A DNA stretch of 64,000 nt from an uncultured Lachnospiraceae bacterium (GCA_902779575.1 CACZBW010000020.1:24-64023); one strand, 5' to 3'; positions 45,469 through 55,995 are shown, numbered from the stretch's first letter. Notes: a model not told the origin generated them from the letters alone. Numbers and translations are program-made.

Positions 45469-46602
45469 ATGAATTTTATCCCTGAAAAAAAGCTTGGCTT
45501 CGGCCTGATGAGACTGCCCCAGAATTCACCGGACGCGGCGGATATCGATCTGGAGCAGGTAAAAAAGATGGTGGACCTGTTTCTGGAAAAGGGCTTCACT
45601 TACTTTGACACCGCCTGGATGTACAACGGGTTTGCCAGCGAAAGCGCCGTAAAAGAAGTCCTGACATCCCGCCACCCGGGAGAATCTTTTACTCTGGCAA
45701 CAAAGCTCCATGCCGGATTCATCCATTCTTTTGAAGACCGGGACAGGATCTTCCGCACACAGCTTGAAAAAACCGGAGCCGGATATTTTGATTATTACCT
45801 GCTCCACGGGATCGAGGCAGGTATGCTCCCGACATATGAAAAATATAGCTGCTTCTCATGGCTCCTTGAAAAAAAAGAGCAGGGGCTGGTAAAGCACGCC
45901 GGATTCTCCTTCCATGATCAGCCGGAGCTTCTGGATCAGATCCTGACAGAGCATCCGGAAATGGAATTTGTCCAGCTGCAGATCAACTATCTGGACTGGG
46001 AAAGCGAATGGGTCAAAAGCCGGGCCTGCAGCGAGGTTTGTGTAAAACACGGAAAGCCGGTCATCGTCATGGAACCGGTTAAAGGAGGCACGCTGGCAAA
46101 GGTGCCGGAAGAAGCGGAGAAACTGTTCGCCGCTCTGGATCCGTCCATGTCTGTCCCCAGCTGGGCAATTCGTTTTGCGGCATCGCTTCCCAATGTGATG
46201 CTGGTGCTTTCCGGCATGAGTTCTTTAGAACAGATGAAGGACAATATAAGCTTCATGGCAGACTTCCGGCCGCTGACGGAAGAGGAAAAGGAGGTCTGTT
46301 ACCGGGTAGCGGATATCATCAACAGCCAGATTACGGTCCCCTGTACCGCCTGCCACTACTGCACCGAAGGATGTCCCATGAACATCGCCATTCCCGAATA
46401 TTTCTCCCTGTACAATGAAGATATGCGGGAGAATCTTGAAGAAAAGGGCTGGACAATTAATTATACAAACTATGATCTTCTTGCCGGGAAGAGGGGCAGG
46501 GCGAAAGACTGCATCGCCTGCGGCCAGTGCGAAAATGTATGCCCGCAGCATCTTCCGATCATAGATTTCCTGAAGGACGTCTCCGCCCATTTTGACCGTT
46601 AA
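45469..46602 (+). CDS. Aldo/keto reductase with C-terminal 4Fe-4S ferredoxin-type domain
   Basis: Start at MNFIPEKK. AKR N-terminus GFGLMRLP...FDTAWMY. Cys clusters CTACHYCTEGCP and CIACGQCENVCP. Confidence 0.85.
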   Translation: MNFIPEKKLGFGLMRLPQNSPDAADIDLEQVKKMVDLFLEKGFTYFDTAWMYNGFASESAVKEVLTSRHPGESFTLATKLHAGFIHSFEDRDRIFRTQLEKTGAGYFDYYLLHGIEAGMLPTYEKYSCFSWLLEKKEQGLVKHAGFSFHDQPELLDQILTEHPEMEFVQLQINYLDWESEWVKSRACSEVCVKHGKPVIVMEPVKGGTLAKVPEEAEKLFAALDPSMSVPSWAIRFAASLPNVMLVLSGMSSLEQMKDNISFMADFRPLTEEEKEVCYRVADIINSQITVPCTACHYCTEGCPMNIAIPEYFSLYNEDMRENLEEKGWTINYTNYDLLAGKRGRAKDCIACGQCENVCPQHLPIIDFLKDVSAHFDR

Positions 46603-46735
46603 GACAATCGATAAAGGGATCATCTCCTCTGCCATAACTTGTAAATATCTTTCTGAGAGCGGCCATGCCGCCGGTATATATGCTGCTCCGTCCCGTGCCG
46701 CCGGTCATACAGCCTGGAAATAGTGAGGCCCTGAT

Positions 46736-49126
46736 ATGAAAAAGAAATCCGGAACAGAAAAAAACCGAATCATGATCCTTGCTTTTGTGATGATCATGCT
46801 GATTCATGCTTCTTCAGCCCTTTCGGCTTTCGCAGAGGAAGTTTCTGAAACTGATGCGGCAGCCTACGGAAGCCGGGAACAGCTGTCAGAAGCCCGGGCG
46901 AACACGGATCTACCCGCTCCGGTCATTTTTTCCGACGAGAAGCAGTTGGGCGAAATACAGCAGATCCACCTGCCGTTCCCGAACGTGACCGAAGAAAAGA
47001 TCGAGTGGGATTTTCCGTACTCTGACGAATTCTTCAGCCTTCCTTCGGAAGAGTTCAGCATTACTATGGCCCGTGCCTCCATGGGCCTTACGCTGTCTGC
47101 CTTCCGCGGCACATTCCAGGAGGTTGGTCCTCAGTATGAGACCTATCTCCGGGAAGCGGGCTTCACGAATATTTTCAGTTTCGGTTATGACAGGCCGCCC
47201 GCCGAAGATACCTTATCCGGTGTGATCGGAATGAAGCGCATCGGCGAATGCACCGTGATTGCCGCGGCTCCCTGCGGGCAGGGCTACGGCAACGAGTGGG
47301 TGAGCAACTTCACGGTGGGCAGCGGCGATACGCACGAAGGCTTCCGTCAGGCAGCCGAATTGTTTGAAGACCATCTCGCACAGTACCAGAAGGACAATAA
47401 AATCGGGGGAAAGAAAAAGATCTGGATCAGCGGCTTCTCACGCGCGTCAGCAGTCGGCAACATAATGGCCGCCGATATGATTGAAAGCGGTGAATTCGAT
47501 GATGTATATGCCTACCTCTTCGGCGTTCCGAGGACGACCAGGCAGCCTGTGAGATATAAAAACATCTTCAACATCTGCGGCCAGTATGACCCGGTGCCCG
47601 CGATTCCTCTTCAGTCCTGGGGCTACGAAAGATACGGGACCGATCTCTACACACCGTCTCAGGAATCGGATGCGGATTATACAGCATATGCGCTTTCCGC
47701 AAATGACGTCGGGAACAGGCTCGACGGAAAGGGCTTCCGCAACAACCCGGAGATCAATTATCAGCTGCGCCTGATACTGGAAAGTTTAGGGGAATTATTC
47801 CCGGACAGCGGCACATACTGTGAAAAACTGCAGGATCTGCTGTCGGATGCCTTCCTCCGCCTCGGCGACGCCGATCCTGTTGAACTGCTGACAACAGCGT
47901 TCAAAAAGATCAAACCGGATAATGCCCAGGATCAGGCAAAGCTCGATATCCTTATAGACTACCTCGGCTACATTGTCGGACAGCATCTGCGCGCTGATCA
48001 GAGGCAGATCGAAGACGGCAGCTGGGACCCGAATGAAACGCTTGCAGCTAACATTGTACTCGAACATTACCCTGCGACCTATGTCAGATGGCTCTTTTCG
48101 GAAGAAGATCCGCAGAAGATCTTTTCAGGGTCTGCTGTCTCGAGAAGGATTTCCGTGATCGGTAAAGCAGATGTGACGGTTCTGAAGGATGACCGCGAGA
48201 TCACACGGATCGATAAAAACGGTAAGATATCGTATCCGCTGATAGAAGCTTCCGGAGGAACTGTAAACGACCCGGGCGTTTTCATGATGCGGAATGAAAA
48301 TATAACCGTCATCAGCCTTCCGAATGATGCGGAGTACTACGTAAAGATCGATACGGACAAACGCCGCATGGTTTCATACTATGACCTGTTCATCTCTCCG
48401 GATAAACTGAGCGCCGAAGCCGGCACGATCAATCTTGGAACGATGAGCGCGGGCAGCTATGGCTTCCGTGTTGTACCGGATACAGGGATTCCGCCTTTAA
48501 TGGATGAGCTGACCGGCAATTATACCTTTTTAGGTTCCAGTGATTATGAGTATTCTCCGACTGCGGTCATGAGTGACGAACTCAAGGCAACAAAATTTTA
48601 TTTCATGAGCATGAAACGGCTTTACGGCCTGGCGATGAATGTGCTGCTCGGCCTGATCCTGTTTCTGCTCGCATGGCTGATCATGAGTCTGGTGCACCGC
48701 CACCAGGTGAAGAAGGGCCATCCGCCTTTCTCAAAATGGTATGTGATTGTCCCTCACCTGATCGTCACCGCCAACCTGACGCTTCTTACGGCGCTGCTTA
48801 CATACCACCTGTTTGTAATCGACGCTGTGAGAATTATCTGCGCATCCCTCGCCGTGCTGTCGAATGCCCTGCTGGCACTGCGCGATACCCTCCGGTACCC
48901 GAGAAAAAGCAGTATCGCGCTGACTGTTTTTCTGTTCTTCTGCTTTGCGATCACTTTCCTGTTCTTTAACAGAAGCGGAAAACTGCCTTTCTCATGGGTC
49001 AGTGTGACGCTCTTCACGCTTGTGACGGCACTCTACACCGCAGCGGCGGTCCGGACTTTTCGTGAACCGTCCGGGGAAAAACGGTCTGCCGGATCAGAGC
49101 GTAAACCTCATGAAAGGCACTCATAA
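46736..49126 (+). CDS. Large exported lipase-like protein with polytopic C-terminal membrane anchor
   Basis: 796 aa. Signal peptide. GFSRASAVG block in a GxSxG-like position. Four or five hydrophobic helices in the last ~180 aa. No family recognised. Confidence 0.7.
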   Translation: MKKKSGTEKNRIMILAFVMIMLIHASSALSAFAEEVSETDAAAYGSREQLSEARANTDLPAPVIFSDEKQLGEIQQIHLPFPNVTEEKIEWDFPYSDEFFSLPSEEFSITMARASMGLTLSAFRGTFQEVGPQYETYLREAGFTNIFSFGYDRPPAEDTLSGVIGMKRIGECTVIAAAPCGQGYGNEWVSNFTVGSGDTHEGFRQAAELFEDHLAQYQKDNKIGGKKKIWISGFSRASAVGNIMAADMIESGEFDDVYAYLFGVPRTTRQPVRYKNIFNICGQYDPVPAIPLQSWGYERYGTDLYTPSQESDADYTAYALSANDVGNRLDGKGFRNNPEINYQLRLILESLGELFPDSGTYCEKLQDLLSDAFLRLGDADPVELLTTAFKKIKPDNAQDQAKLDILIDYLGYIVGQHLRADQRQIEDGSWDPNETLAANIVLEHYPATYVRWLFSEEDPQKIFSGSAVSRRISVIGKADVTVLKDDREITRIDKNGKISYPLIEASGGTVNDPGVFMMRNENITVISLPNDAEYYVKIDTDKRRMVSYYDLFISPDKLSAEAGTINLGTMSAGSYGFRVVPDTGIPPLMDELTGNYTFLGSSDYEYSPTAVMSDELKATKFYFMSMKRLYGLAMNVLLGLILFLLAWLIMSLVHRHQVKKGHPPFSKWYVIVPHLIVTANLTLLTALLTYHLFVIDAVRIICASLAVLSNALLALRDTLRYPRKSSIALTVFLFFCFAITFLFFNRSGKLPFSWVSVTLFTLVTALYTAAAVRTFREPSGEKRSAGSERKPHERHS

Positions 49127-49167
49127 GATAGATTTGACAAGGGGTATATTTTTTCGTTTTTCAGCCA

Positions 49168-49520
49168 GTGTTCCTGCTGCAGTTATGCGATCATGCGCCG
49201 AAATGGCTTCAGAGCGTCGCGTACCACGACGGAAGTCTTTATCTGACAAGTGATGACGGCGATGCGGATGCAGGAGAACCGGATCATATGTTCAGAGTCG
49301 TTATGAGCAGTGACCGGTCATCCGGAAAGGTTGTTCCGGAAAAACCTTTGATGACGTAACGATGCAGGGTGAGATTGAGGGACTGAGTTTTGATGAAGAA
49401 CGCGGACAGTTCCTGCTGCTGTATAATCGCGGAGCAAGAATCGTGCTTGGAATGCCCAAAGGATTCTATGAAGGATATACGGAAGAAATCCACGAAGTGT
49501 ACGTGTACGATATGAACTGA
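49168..49520 (+). pseudogene. Frameshifted C-terminal remnant of an unidentified gene
   Basis: Coherent coding text ...YHDGSLYLTSDDGDADAGEPDHMFRVV...VPEKPL switches frame near 49355 to DVTMQGEIEGLSFDEERGQFLLLYNRGARIVLGMPKGFYEGYTEEIHEVYVYDMN*. No N-terminal part is present. Confidence 0.4.
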
Positions 49521-49628
49521 TTTCAGGGATATGCTGCTTTATTCGGAATGGCGTCCTTTGACAGCCCGGAGAAAAAATTTCCCCGGGTCAACCGTAACTT
49601 AATGCGGGCTGTTTAGAGGTGGTGGAAT

Positions 49629-50729
49629 ATGGATTATATGAACAGTTTGGGAAGTCTGATCCTGCTCAGAAATGGACGCAGCCGCTCCATTAACCAGGAA
49701 AACCCGAACGGGGAGAAAGGCGGCGGCGGCAAAGCCGCCAGCAATCTGGGTCCCGGCCGCAAAGGAAATCCCTGCATGCGCGATATCAGGCCGGGAGAGA
49801 CACGGACGCTGGCGAAAATTCATGGTCCAGGTATTATTCAGCATATCTGGATCACTGTAACAGACCGGACAGAAAAGGATTTTTTTGTCCTGCGGGATAT
49901 GGTTCTCAGGATGTACTGGGAGGATGAGGAGACCCCTTCTGTGGAAACACCGCTTGGTGATTTTTTCTGCTGCGGGTTCGGAAGGGACTGCATCGTCAAT
50001 TCTATTCCCATCGTTGTCAATCCGGCTCGCGGCATGAACTGTTTTTTCCCCATGCCGTTTAAAAAGAAAGCTGTCATCACGATAGAAAACCAGCATGAGG
50101 CTGCCATCGATGCTTTTTTCTATCAAATCGATTATACGCTCTATGACGAACTGCCGGATACACTCTCTTATTTCCATGCCCAGTGGCGCCGGGAAAAAAT
50201 CACGGAATTGAAAAAAGACTATACCATTCTCGATGGCGTAAAGGGAAAAGGGCATTATGTGGGAACCTATCTTGCTCTGTCTGCCCTGGAACGTTACTGG
50301 TGGGGCGAAGGAGAACTGAAAATCTATCTCGACGGAGATAAAGATTATCCCACAATCTGCGGCACAGGGACAGAAGATTATTTTGGCGGCTCCTGGAGCT
50401 TCGCAAACATGGAAAGCGGCGTGATGCGGGAACAGACTTATAACACTCCTTTCATGGGGTTTCCCTATCTTTCCCGGAACGATGATCGCATCGTCAGCCG
50501 CTATTATATGAATGATACACCTGCGGAACGCGGCTTTTACCGCTGGCATATTATGGATCCGATCCTGTTTGACCAGGATATCCGGGTGACCATTCAGCAG
50601 ATCGGCGTTTGTCACAAAGGACTTTTTGAACGCAGAGATGATGTATCCAGCGTTGCTTACTGGTACCAGACGCTGCCTCATGAACCTTTTGCGCCCCTGC
50701 CGGCGAAAGAGGACCGCCGCCCCAGGTGA
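49629..50729 (+). CDS. DUF2961 / glycoside hydrolase family 172 protein
   Basis: 366 aa. Recognisable family blocks IQHIWITV, PLGDFFCCGFG and YFHAQWRRE. Confidence 0.8.
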   Translation: MDYMNSLGSLILLRNGRSRSINQENPNGEKGGGGKAASNLGPGRKGNPCMRDIRPGETRTLAKIHGPGIIQHIWITVTDRTEKDFFVLRDMVLRMYWEDEETPSVETPLGDFFCCGFGRDCIVNSIPIVVNPARGMNCFFPMPFKKKAVITIENQHEAAIDAFFYQIDYTLYDELPDTLSYFHAQWRREKITELKKDYTILDGVKGKGHYVGTYLALSALERYWWGEGELKIYLDGDKDYPTICGTGTEDYFGGSWSFANMESGVMREQTYNTPFMGFPYLSRNDDRIVSRYYMNDTPAERGFYRWHIMDPILFDQDIRVTIQQIGVCHKGLFERRDDVSSVAYWYQTLPHEPFAPLPAKEDRRPR

Positions 50730-50747
50730 ATACAGGCATATCTGTCA

Positions 50748-51263
50748 TCAGCTTTGAGCTTCTGTCTGCTCCTGCTCCAGATGAAAATATCTGTCCGCAA
50801 TGTGGCAATATCCGCCGGGATTTTTATCCAGGTACTTCTGGTGGTATTCTTCCGCCGGAAAAAAGTTCTTCACCGGCTCCAGTTCAACGGCCAGCTTTGC
50901 TCCGGCTTTTTGTTCTTCCGCCTGATATACAGTCTCAATCTCCGGAAGCTGGGCTTCATCTGTGTAATAAATCCCCGTCCGGTACTGGATACCGGTGTCA
51001 TTGCCCTGCCGGTTTACGGACAACGGGTCAATGACCATAAAATAAAACCCAAGCAGCTCTTCCAGAGAGATCCTGTCCGGATCATAATCAATCCTTACTG
51101 TTTCCGCGTGACCGCTGTCGGAACACACCTGCTGATAGGTAGGCGCTTTGTCCGGCCCGTTCGCATAGCCAGCCTCTGTCTTGATCACTCCGTCGAACTG
51201 GTCAAAAAACTTCTGCATCCCCCAGAAGCACCCGCCAGCCAGGTAAATTGTGTTTGCACGCAT
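50748..51263 (-). CDS. msrA: Peptide-methionine (S)-S-oxide reductase
   Basis: GGCFWG active-site motif. 171 aa. GGAGGG RBS. Confidence 0.9.
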   Translation of the reverse strand: MRANTIYLAGGCFWGMQKFFDQFDGVIKTEAGYANGPDKAPTYQQVCSDSGHAETVRIDYDPDRISLEELLGFYFMVIDPLSVNRQGNDTGIQYRTGIYYTDEAQLPEIETVYQAEEQKAGAKLAVELEPVKNFFPAEEYHQKYLDKNPGGYCHIADRYFHLEQEQTEAQS

Positions 51264-51337
51264 TTCGTTTTCCCTCCAATCACTCCTGCTTCACGCTTAA
51301 TTATGCTGCAATTCTTCCTTAGCGGGAAGAATTGCTT

Positions 51338-51568
51338 TTACTGCAGTTCTTCGATCCAGGACTGAAGCTCGGCTTCCGAAACACTGCCGCTGAAGCGCTT
51401 TCCCTCCAGCCAGTCCCCGCTTCCGGCAAGGGCTTCGGTTTGTCCATGACGGCTGTGTATGGGTAGATCCCGAACATATAAGACTGTTTGAAGGCGGCGG
51501 CAGCAGAGGAACTGCTGCGGGAATGGATCTCCTGGAAAAAAGGCGGGATTGCTGACCATGATCTTCAC
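51338..51568 (-). pseudogene. Uncertain small ORF, possibly a degraded thioredoxin-fold gene
   Basis: ATG overlaps the stop of the upstream 77-aa gene. MKIMV... N-terminus and ...GKRFSGSVSEAELQSWIEEL C-terminus resemble small thioredoxin-like proteins, but no CxxC survives and the middle reads better in another frame. Confidence 0.25.
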
Positions 51569-51798
51569 AGCCCGAACTCACAGTTTTCCTTCTGCGGTCC
51601 TTCGTAACCGGAAACATATCCACTCCGGAATGACATATTGATTTCTTTCAACTCACATTTTCCGTCTATGTAATCCTGGTACATATCCGCAAGACCTGCA
51701 GCACACCCATCGCAGGCTCCATTGATATTCCCGATGGACTCCGCCACGATCTGCTCCCGTTCTTCCTTTGTCGTATCTTTGATCAGTAATGATTTCAT
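51565..51798 (-). CDS. Small Cys-rich hypothetical protein
   Basis: 77 aa, GGAGGG RBS, five Cys (CDGC...C...C). Confidence 0.55.
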   Translation of the reverse strand: MKSLLIKDTTKEEREQIVAESIGNINGACDGCAAGLADMYQDYIDGKCELKEINMSFRSGYVSGYEGPQKENCEFGL

Positions 51799-51809
51799 AA
51801 TACCCTCCG

Positions 51810-52556
51810 CTATTCTGTTTCTTCTGAAAATACTGCCGAGCCTGTCAATAATCTCTGTTTCGCATACCTTCCGGTGTCATCGACATTTCCGGTGATAATA
51901 ATACTGTCTGCTTCCACATGACAGCCGTAATACACAACCTGTACTCCGGCGTTTGCTGCACGTATCAGCGCTTTTCCGAATTCAGGATGTGTATCATTGT
52001 TTGGAAATACCATGTGGATACCGTTCATCTGAATAACAAATGCGATCGTACAATGATATCCTTTCTTCGCGGCAGCCGCCAGTTCGTCCAGATGTTTCAC
52101 TCCCCGTTCAGTCGGTGCATCCGGGAACAGCCCGATCCCGCGTTTCAGATCTGCTGCCAGCGTACAGCCTTTTACCTCCGTAAGGTATCTCTCTCCCCGT
52201 CGTTCCATATAAAAATCAAACCGGGAATCCCCGTAAGTATACTCCGGCTTTACCAGGTCATAATCCAGTCCCATAATCTCCTGCTTCATCAGTTCATTTG
52301 GCGCAAGGCTGTCGATGTTGACCCATCTTAACTGCGGTTTATACACGGAAATAAGGTCATACGCGGTTTTCCTGTCCGGGTCTTCCGCCTTCTGAAGGGT
52401 AACCTTTGCCTCTGGAACCAGAAGCTCGCGCAATCGTCCGGTGTTTTTGACATGGATATTCTCCTGCTTCCCGTCGATCCGTACCTCAGCAACGAAGCGA
52501 TTGACACGGCGTACGAATACGCCGGGCACGGTATTCTCATAGTGAATGATCGGCAT
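51810..52556 (-). CDS. sfsA: Sugar fermentation stimulation protein A homolog
   Basis: Start at MPIIHY (GGAGAG RBS). VNRFVAEV...VKNTGRL...YTYGDSRFDF family pattern. Confidence 0.88.
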   Translation of the reverse strand: MPIIHYENTVPGVFVRRVNRFVAEVRIDGKQENIHVKNTGRLRELLVPEAKVTLQKAEDPDRKTAYDLISVYKPQLRWVNIDSLAPNELMKQEIMGLDYDLVKPEYTYGDSRFDFYMERRGERYLTEVKGCTLAADLKRGIGLFPDAPTERGVKHLDELAAAAKKGYHCTIAFVIQMNGIHMVFPNNDTHPEFGKALIRAANAGVQVVYYGCHVEADSIIITGNVDDTGRYAKQRLLTGSAVFSEETE

Positions 52557-52609
52557 TATTCTCTCCAATTCTTCAGATCCGGATCAATTATTATCTATGC
52601 TGAATAAAA

Positions 52610-52710
52610 CAGAGCCGGCCCGAAATGAATCGAATCCTGCTCCGCAAAAATATACGAAAGGTGGTTAGAACTTGCTAATCAATGCTAATATACATCGGCC
52701 TCTCCGATTT
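52610..52710. repeat. ~100-nt intergenic element, copy A (promoter-like boxes plus conserved hairpin)
   Basis: The 34-nt core AGAGCCGGCCCGAAATGAATCGAATCCTGCTCCG matches copy B at 32/34. The tail is about 67% identical with a 1-nt offset. On the minus strand: TTGTAA (52714-52709), 17 nt, TATATT (52691-52686). Confidence 0.6.
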
Positions 52711-52782
52711 TACAATAAAAGTCACCCGGCAGCTGATCCAAAATCAGAACGCCTGTCTCCATTTACGTGATTCTGCTTTGGG

Positions 52783-52816
52783 GCAAAAGAAAACACCGAT
52801 CATTTCCAACCGGTGT
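52783..52816 (-). terminator. Rho-independent terminator of the LytTR/DUF3021 operon
   Basis: Minus strand: AACACCG, 12-nt loop, CGGTGTT, followed by TTCTTTTG. Confidence 0.6.
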
Positions 52817-52838
52817 TCCCATAAAGCTTCTGTGTTTT

Positions 52839-53273
52839 TTACTTCATAGCCTGAATCTTATCATTCATTTTCTTTGCTTCAGCGCGATTATATCTCATGA
52901 ACAGAAACCAGATAAGAAAAGCAGGCGCAAGCTGTATTGCAGCTATCAGGATTCCCTTTCCGGGCGATGCTGCACCGCCCATCCAGCCGACGGCATACGC
53001 AACGACCGTATAAACCGCACATCCGATCCCCATGTGAATGATCACCCTGATCGGCATCGGGAGGCTGTCTTTCCTGTATATGACAGAAGGAACGCCGAAC
53101 CCCAGTCCTACCAGGACACATCCCGCAACCATCTTTGTAAAATGATACTGATCCATGCTGAAAATTCCTTTGTTCCGGATATCAAATACCACTCCGGACA
53201 GGCAGAATATCGTCATGGCTAACCCAATGCTTATAATCGTACTTTTTACAAGATCCCTGACTGTTTCTCTCAT
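52839..53273 (-). CDS. DUF3021-type membrane protein (partner of LytTR regulators)
   Basis: 144 aa with four hydrophobic helices, directly downstream of the LytTR gene. Confidence 0.7.
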   Translation of the reverse strand: MRETVRDLVKSTIISIGLAMTIFCLSGVVFDIRNKGIFSMDQYHFTKMVAGCVLVGLGFGVPSVIYRKDSLPMPIRVIIHMGIGCAVYTVVAYAVGWMGGAASPGKGILIAAIQLAPAFLIWFLFMRYNRAEAKKMNDKIQAMK

Positions 53274-53285
53274 TGCTTCTTCCTC

Positions 53286-53723
53286 CTATAATCCGAGATA
53301 TTTTTTGAACTCCGGCAGATATTTCCTCGATACGTAATCTTTACAGCCGTTTCTCAGCTTCAATAAGAGTGTCCCTCCAAATCCCGGTTCGATCCTGTCC
53401 ATGTATGACAGATTGATCAGTGTGGTCCTGGATATCTGCATAAACTGCTTCCCTAATTGCCGGCCGATCTCATAGAGTCTTTTCCGTGTCCGATATTTAT
53501 CCTTTTCTCCATAAATGATCGTTTCGCCGTTCTCTACGCGAACCATGAATATTTCTTTAGGCTGCAGAACGATCAGGTCTTCTTCGTTCTGCAGGGCAGT
53601 TACAGGTGTCTCGCTCGTACTGAATAAATCAATCATTCGCTGGATCTCATCGGTTACTTTATCGGTATAAATAACCGCATAAGGTTCTTTATAATCAGCA
53701 GAAATGTCAACCCTTACCTTCAT
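53286..53723 (-). CDS. Stand-alone LytTR-domain DNA-binding regulator
   Basis: Start at MKVRVDIS. LQPKEIFMVRVENGETIIY...FMQISRTTLINLSYM...YVSRKY is LytTR-like. No receiver domain. Confidence 0.8.
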   Translation of the reverse strand: MKVRVDISADYKEPYAVIYTDKVTDEIQRMIDLFSTSETPVTALQNEEDLIVLQPKEIFMVRVENGETIIYGEKDKYRTRKRLYEIGRQLGKQFMQISRTTLINLSYMDRIEPGFGGTLLLKLRNGCKDYVSRKYLPEFKKYLGL

Positions 53724-53938
53724 GCCCGGCCCCCTTTCTTCTTTGATGTTGTCATCATACATGATATTGAAAAACTTGTCCCGGAATTTACGGTAAGCGG
53801 CAAAAAACAGGCGGTGAAATGCAGCAAATGCCACTTTGTTAAGAAAGAATCCGGCTCCATTGAAGATACTTGAATTTCTCTGAATATTTCTTTATGCTGA
53901 TGGCAGAAACGTAAGATTGTTAAGGAGAGATTCTTGCG

Positions 53939-54937
53939 ATGGAAGACAATACCTCTGTCAGGATTTACTACTACTATGATTTCACGGATACCGATCACTT
54001 CTGCAGCAGGCTGGAACAGCACTTCCGGGAAACAGGACATGAACGCCCCCTTGAATTTATCAGCTGGAACTGCTACAGACAGCAGCCCGGCATGGACGGC
54101 GATATTTACATATACGATGCAATCGCCCTCACTGCATTGGTTAATAAGGGCTATCTCCACCAGCTTCCTGAGGTCATCGACACCTCGGACATGTTCAGCT
54201 GGACCATCGACAAAAGCAAGGTCGGGAAAAAAACCTACGGTGTCCCACTGATGATCTGTGCCAACACGCTGATCTGCAGAAAAGAAGACGACCGGAATAT
54301 AAAAAACATCTTTGATCTCCACGAGAGAACAGCCATACCTCTCAAAACAATGCTCATGTACTACTATATACAGGCCTTCTGTAATTATCAGAATGATTCG
54401 GTACACAGAATATTCGAACATCTCATAAAACTGATGGGGGGCAGAGAATACCTGGCCGGATCGTCTCTGAATGAATATGACGGAGTAAGACGTTTCCGTT
54501 CAGAAGAATGCAGATATTTTCTGGGTTTTACCGAGAGCCTTCGCTTATTTGAGCCGGATGATTATATCGTGAGATTTGCCAACTTCTCGGAAAACCCGGA
54601 AGACCAGATGCCCTTGTTCATGGTGGATTATGCTTCTCTGGGCAACAATGTGAGGGAAGAAAAGCTGCTGGATTGCCTGGATCTGCTGGAGATAATGACA
54701 GATGAAGAATTCATCTTTGATCTTTGCGTGCAGGAGGGCAGATTGCAGTATATGCTTCCGCCATGCATGAGTGTATATAGACGGCTGGCTGAAATGGATC
54801 CCGTATATGATCAGCTGTATCAGCAGCTGCTGCCGGAAGAGAACGGAGTGTTCAGATATAAGAAGTCTTTCTACGAAGAATTTTACAGGAAAAGCGATGA
54901 ACTCCTGGAATCATTGATGTTAATGGACCATAAATGA
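53939..54937 (+). CDS. Cytoplasmic hypothetical protein (possibly periplasmic-binding-protein-like fold)
   Basis: 332 aa, GGAGAG RBS, no signal peptide. The fold suggestion is an impression only. Confidence 0.55.
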   Translation: MEDNTSVRIYYYYDFTDTDHFCSRLEQHFRETGHERPLEFISWNCYRQQPGMDGDIYIYDAIALTALVNKGYLHQLPEVIDTSDMFSWTIDKSKVGKKTYGVPLMICANTLICRKEDDRNIKNIFDLHERTAIPLKTMLMYYYIQAFCNYQNDSVHRIFEHLIKLMGGREYLAGSSLNEYDGVRRFRSEECRYFLGFTESLRLFEPDDYIVRFANFSENPEDQMPLFMVDYASLGNNVREEKLLDCLDLLEIMTDEEFIFDLCVQEGRLQYMLPPCMSVYRRLAEMDPVYDQLYQQLLPEENGVFRYKKSFYEEFYRKSDELLESLMLMDHK

Positions 54938-54943
54938 TGTTTC

Positions 54944-55351
54944 TTATCTGGCGTACTTCTCATAGCACCATTTTGCGATTCTCTCAATCAGCTCTGCCGG
55001 TAATGGCTGGTCATAGGGAATTCGTATTGTTCCTTTGCTTACATTCCAGCCGGAAAGCTCTTCTGCAAATACTGCTGCTGCCTCATCCCCGGGATAAAGA
55101 CCCAGATGTTTCTTTGAAGCAGCAAAATGAATGATGTTCCGGCCTTTCCAGTAAGTAGGCATAGACCAGGAAATCCGTTCCTCCGCTTCGGGCAGCGCAT
55201 TTCGAAGAACTGCCCTGACTTCCCTGAGTACAGGCTGGTACTTTTCATCCTGCACTGCAATATAGTCATCAATATTCTGTGGCTTCACACAGTAATGGTC
55301 CTGGTTCTGTCTGCTGAATTCTCTGCCGCATTTCGCGCATTTCCATGTCAT
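54944..55351 (-). CDS. DUF1801 (YdhG-like) protein with N-terminal zinc-ribbon
   Basis: 135 aa. CAKCGREF...HYC, then ISWSMPTYWKGRNIIHFAASKKHLGLYP. Confidence 0.7.
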   Translation of the reverse strand: MTWKCAKCGREFSRQNQDHYCVKPQNIDDYIAVQDEKYQPVLREVRAVLRNALPEAEERISWSMPTYWKGRNIIHFAASKKHLGLYPGDEAAAVFAEELSGWNVSKGTIRIPYDQPLPAELIERIAKWCYEKYAR

Positions 55352-55557
55352 GGCGTCACCTCTGAAAACTGGAATTCATAGAATGGTGCATTTCCCGTCA
55401 TCCGGAACCCGGATCCCGGAAAGACCTCTTTCCTTTGCAAATTCTGTCATATCTTTTCGTGTAAGCAGGGTCGCCTGCATATCTGACGGAATAAATCGTA
55501 ATGAAGCTCTATGAAATCCACAAGAAACGGTCTTTCACATCCGTGATAAGAAGCGTG

Positions 55558-55995
55558 TCATGCCTGATTCACCGGTAAATGCAAATCCTCCACATCCACG
55601 CACCGAAATCCATTCTCCATCAAAAGCTGCGCTGTCACGCCTGCCCCATCTGCCAGTGTTCCGGTAAATGTCCCGTCATACCGCTGTTTTACCCCACAGC
55701 TGGGACTCCTGGACTGCAGCACGATCAGATCCGGCTGTTCACGCCTGGCAATCTCCAGGCACTTTGCTGCGCCGGCGCGGAATTCCATGTCCACGATCCG
55801 GCCGTCCCTGGCCGTGACAACTCCATCCTTAATCTCGGAAGGAACACGCGGTGTCGGAAGACCGCCCATCTGCTCCGGGCAGACCGTGATTACATCATTT
55901 TCCTCCATCAGCCGCACGACTTTCCGGTTCCGGTTATTGCCGCCATTATATTTACAATTCTCACCTGCAAGGCAGGCACTGACCATGATCTTCAA
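55558..55995 (-). CDS. DUF523 (YbbK-like) protein
   Basis: KIMVSACLAGENCKYNGG...CPEQMGGLPTPR...SPSCG pattern. Start is probably TTG 55995 after GGAAGGAAG. Confidence 0.78.
   Translation of the reverse strand: MKIMVSACLAGENCKYNGGNNRNRKVVRLMEENDVITVCPEQMGGLPTPRVPSEIKDGVVTARDGRIVDMEFRAGAAKCLEIARREQPDLIVLQSRSPSCGVKQRYDGTFTGTLADGAGVTAQLLMENGFRCVDVEDLHLPVNQA

Noticed and set aside
52625-52643. tRNA or tRNA fragment, suggested by TCGAATCC T-loop-like sequence in the repeated 34-nt core (also at 59261..59279)
   Set aside because: No matching 5' T-stem, D-arm, anticodon arm or acceptor stem can be drawn on either strand. At most it is a relic resembling a tRNA 3' end. No integrase is nearby.
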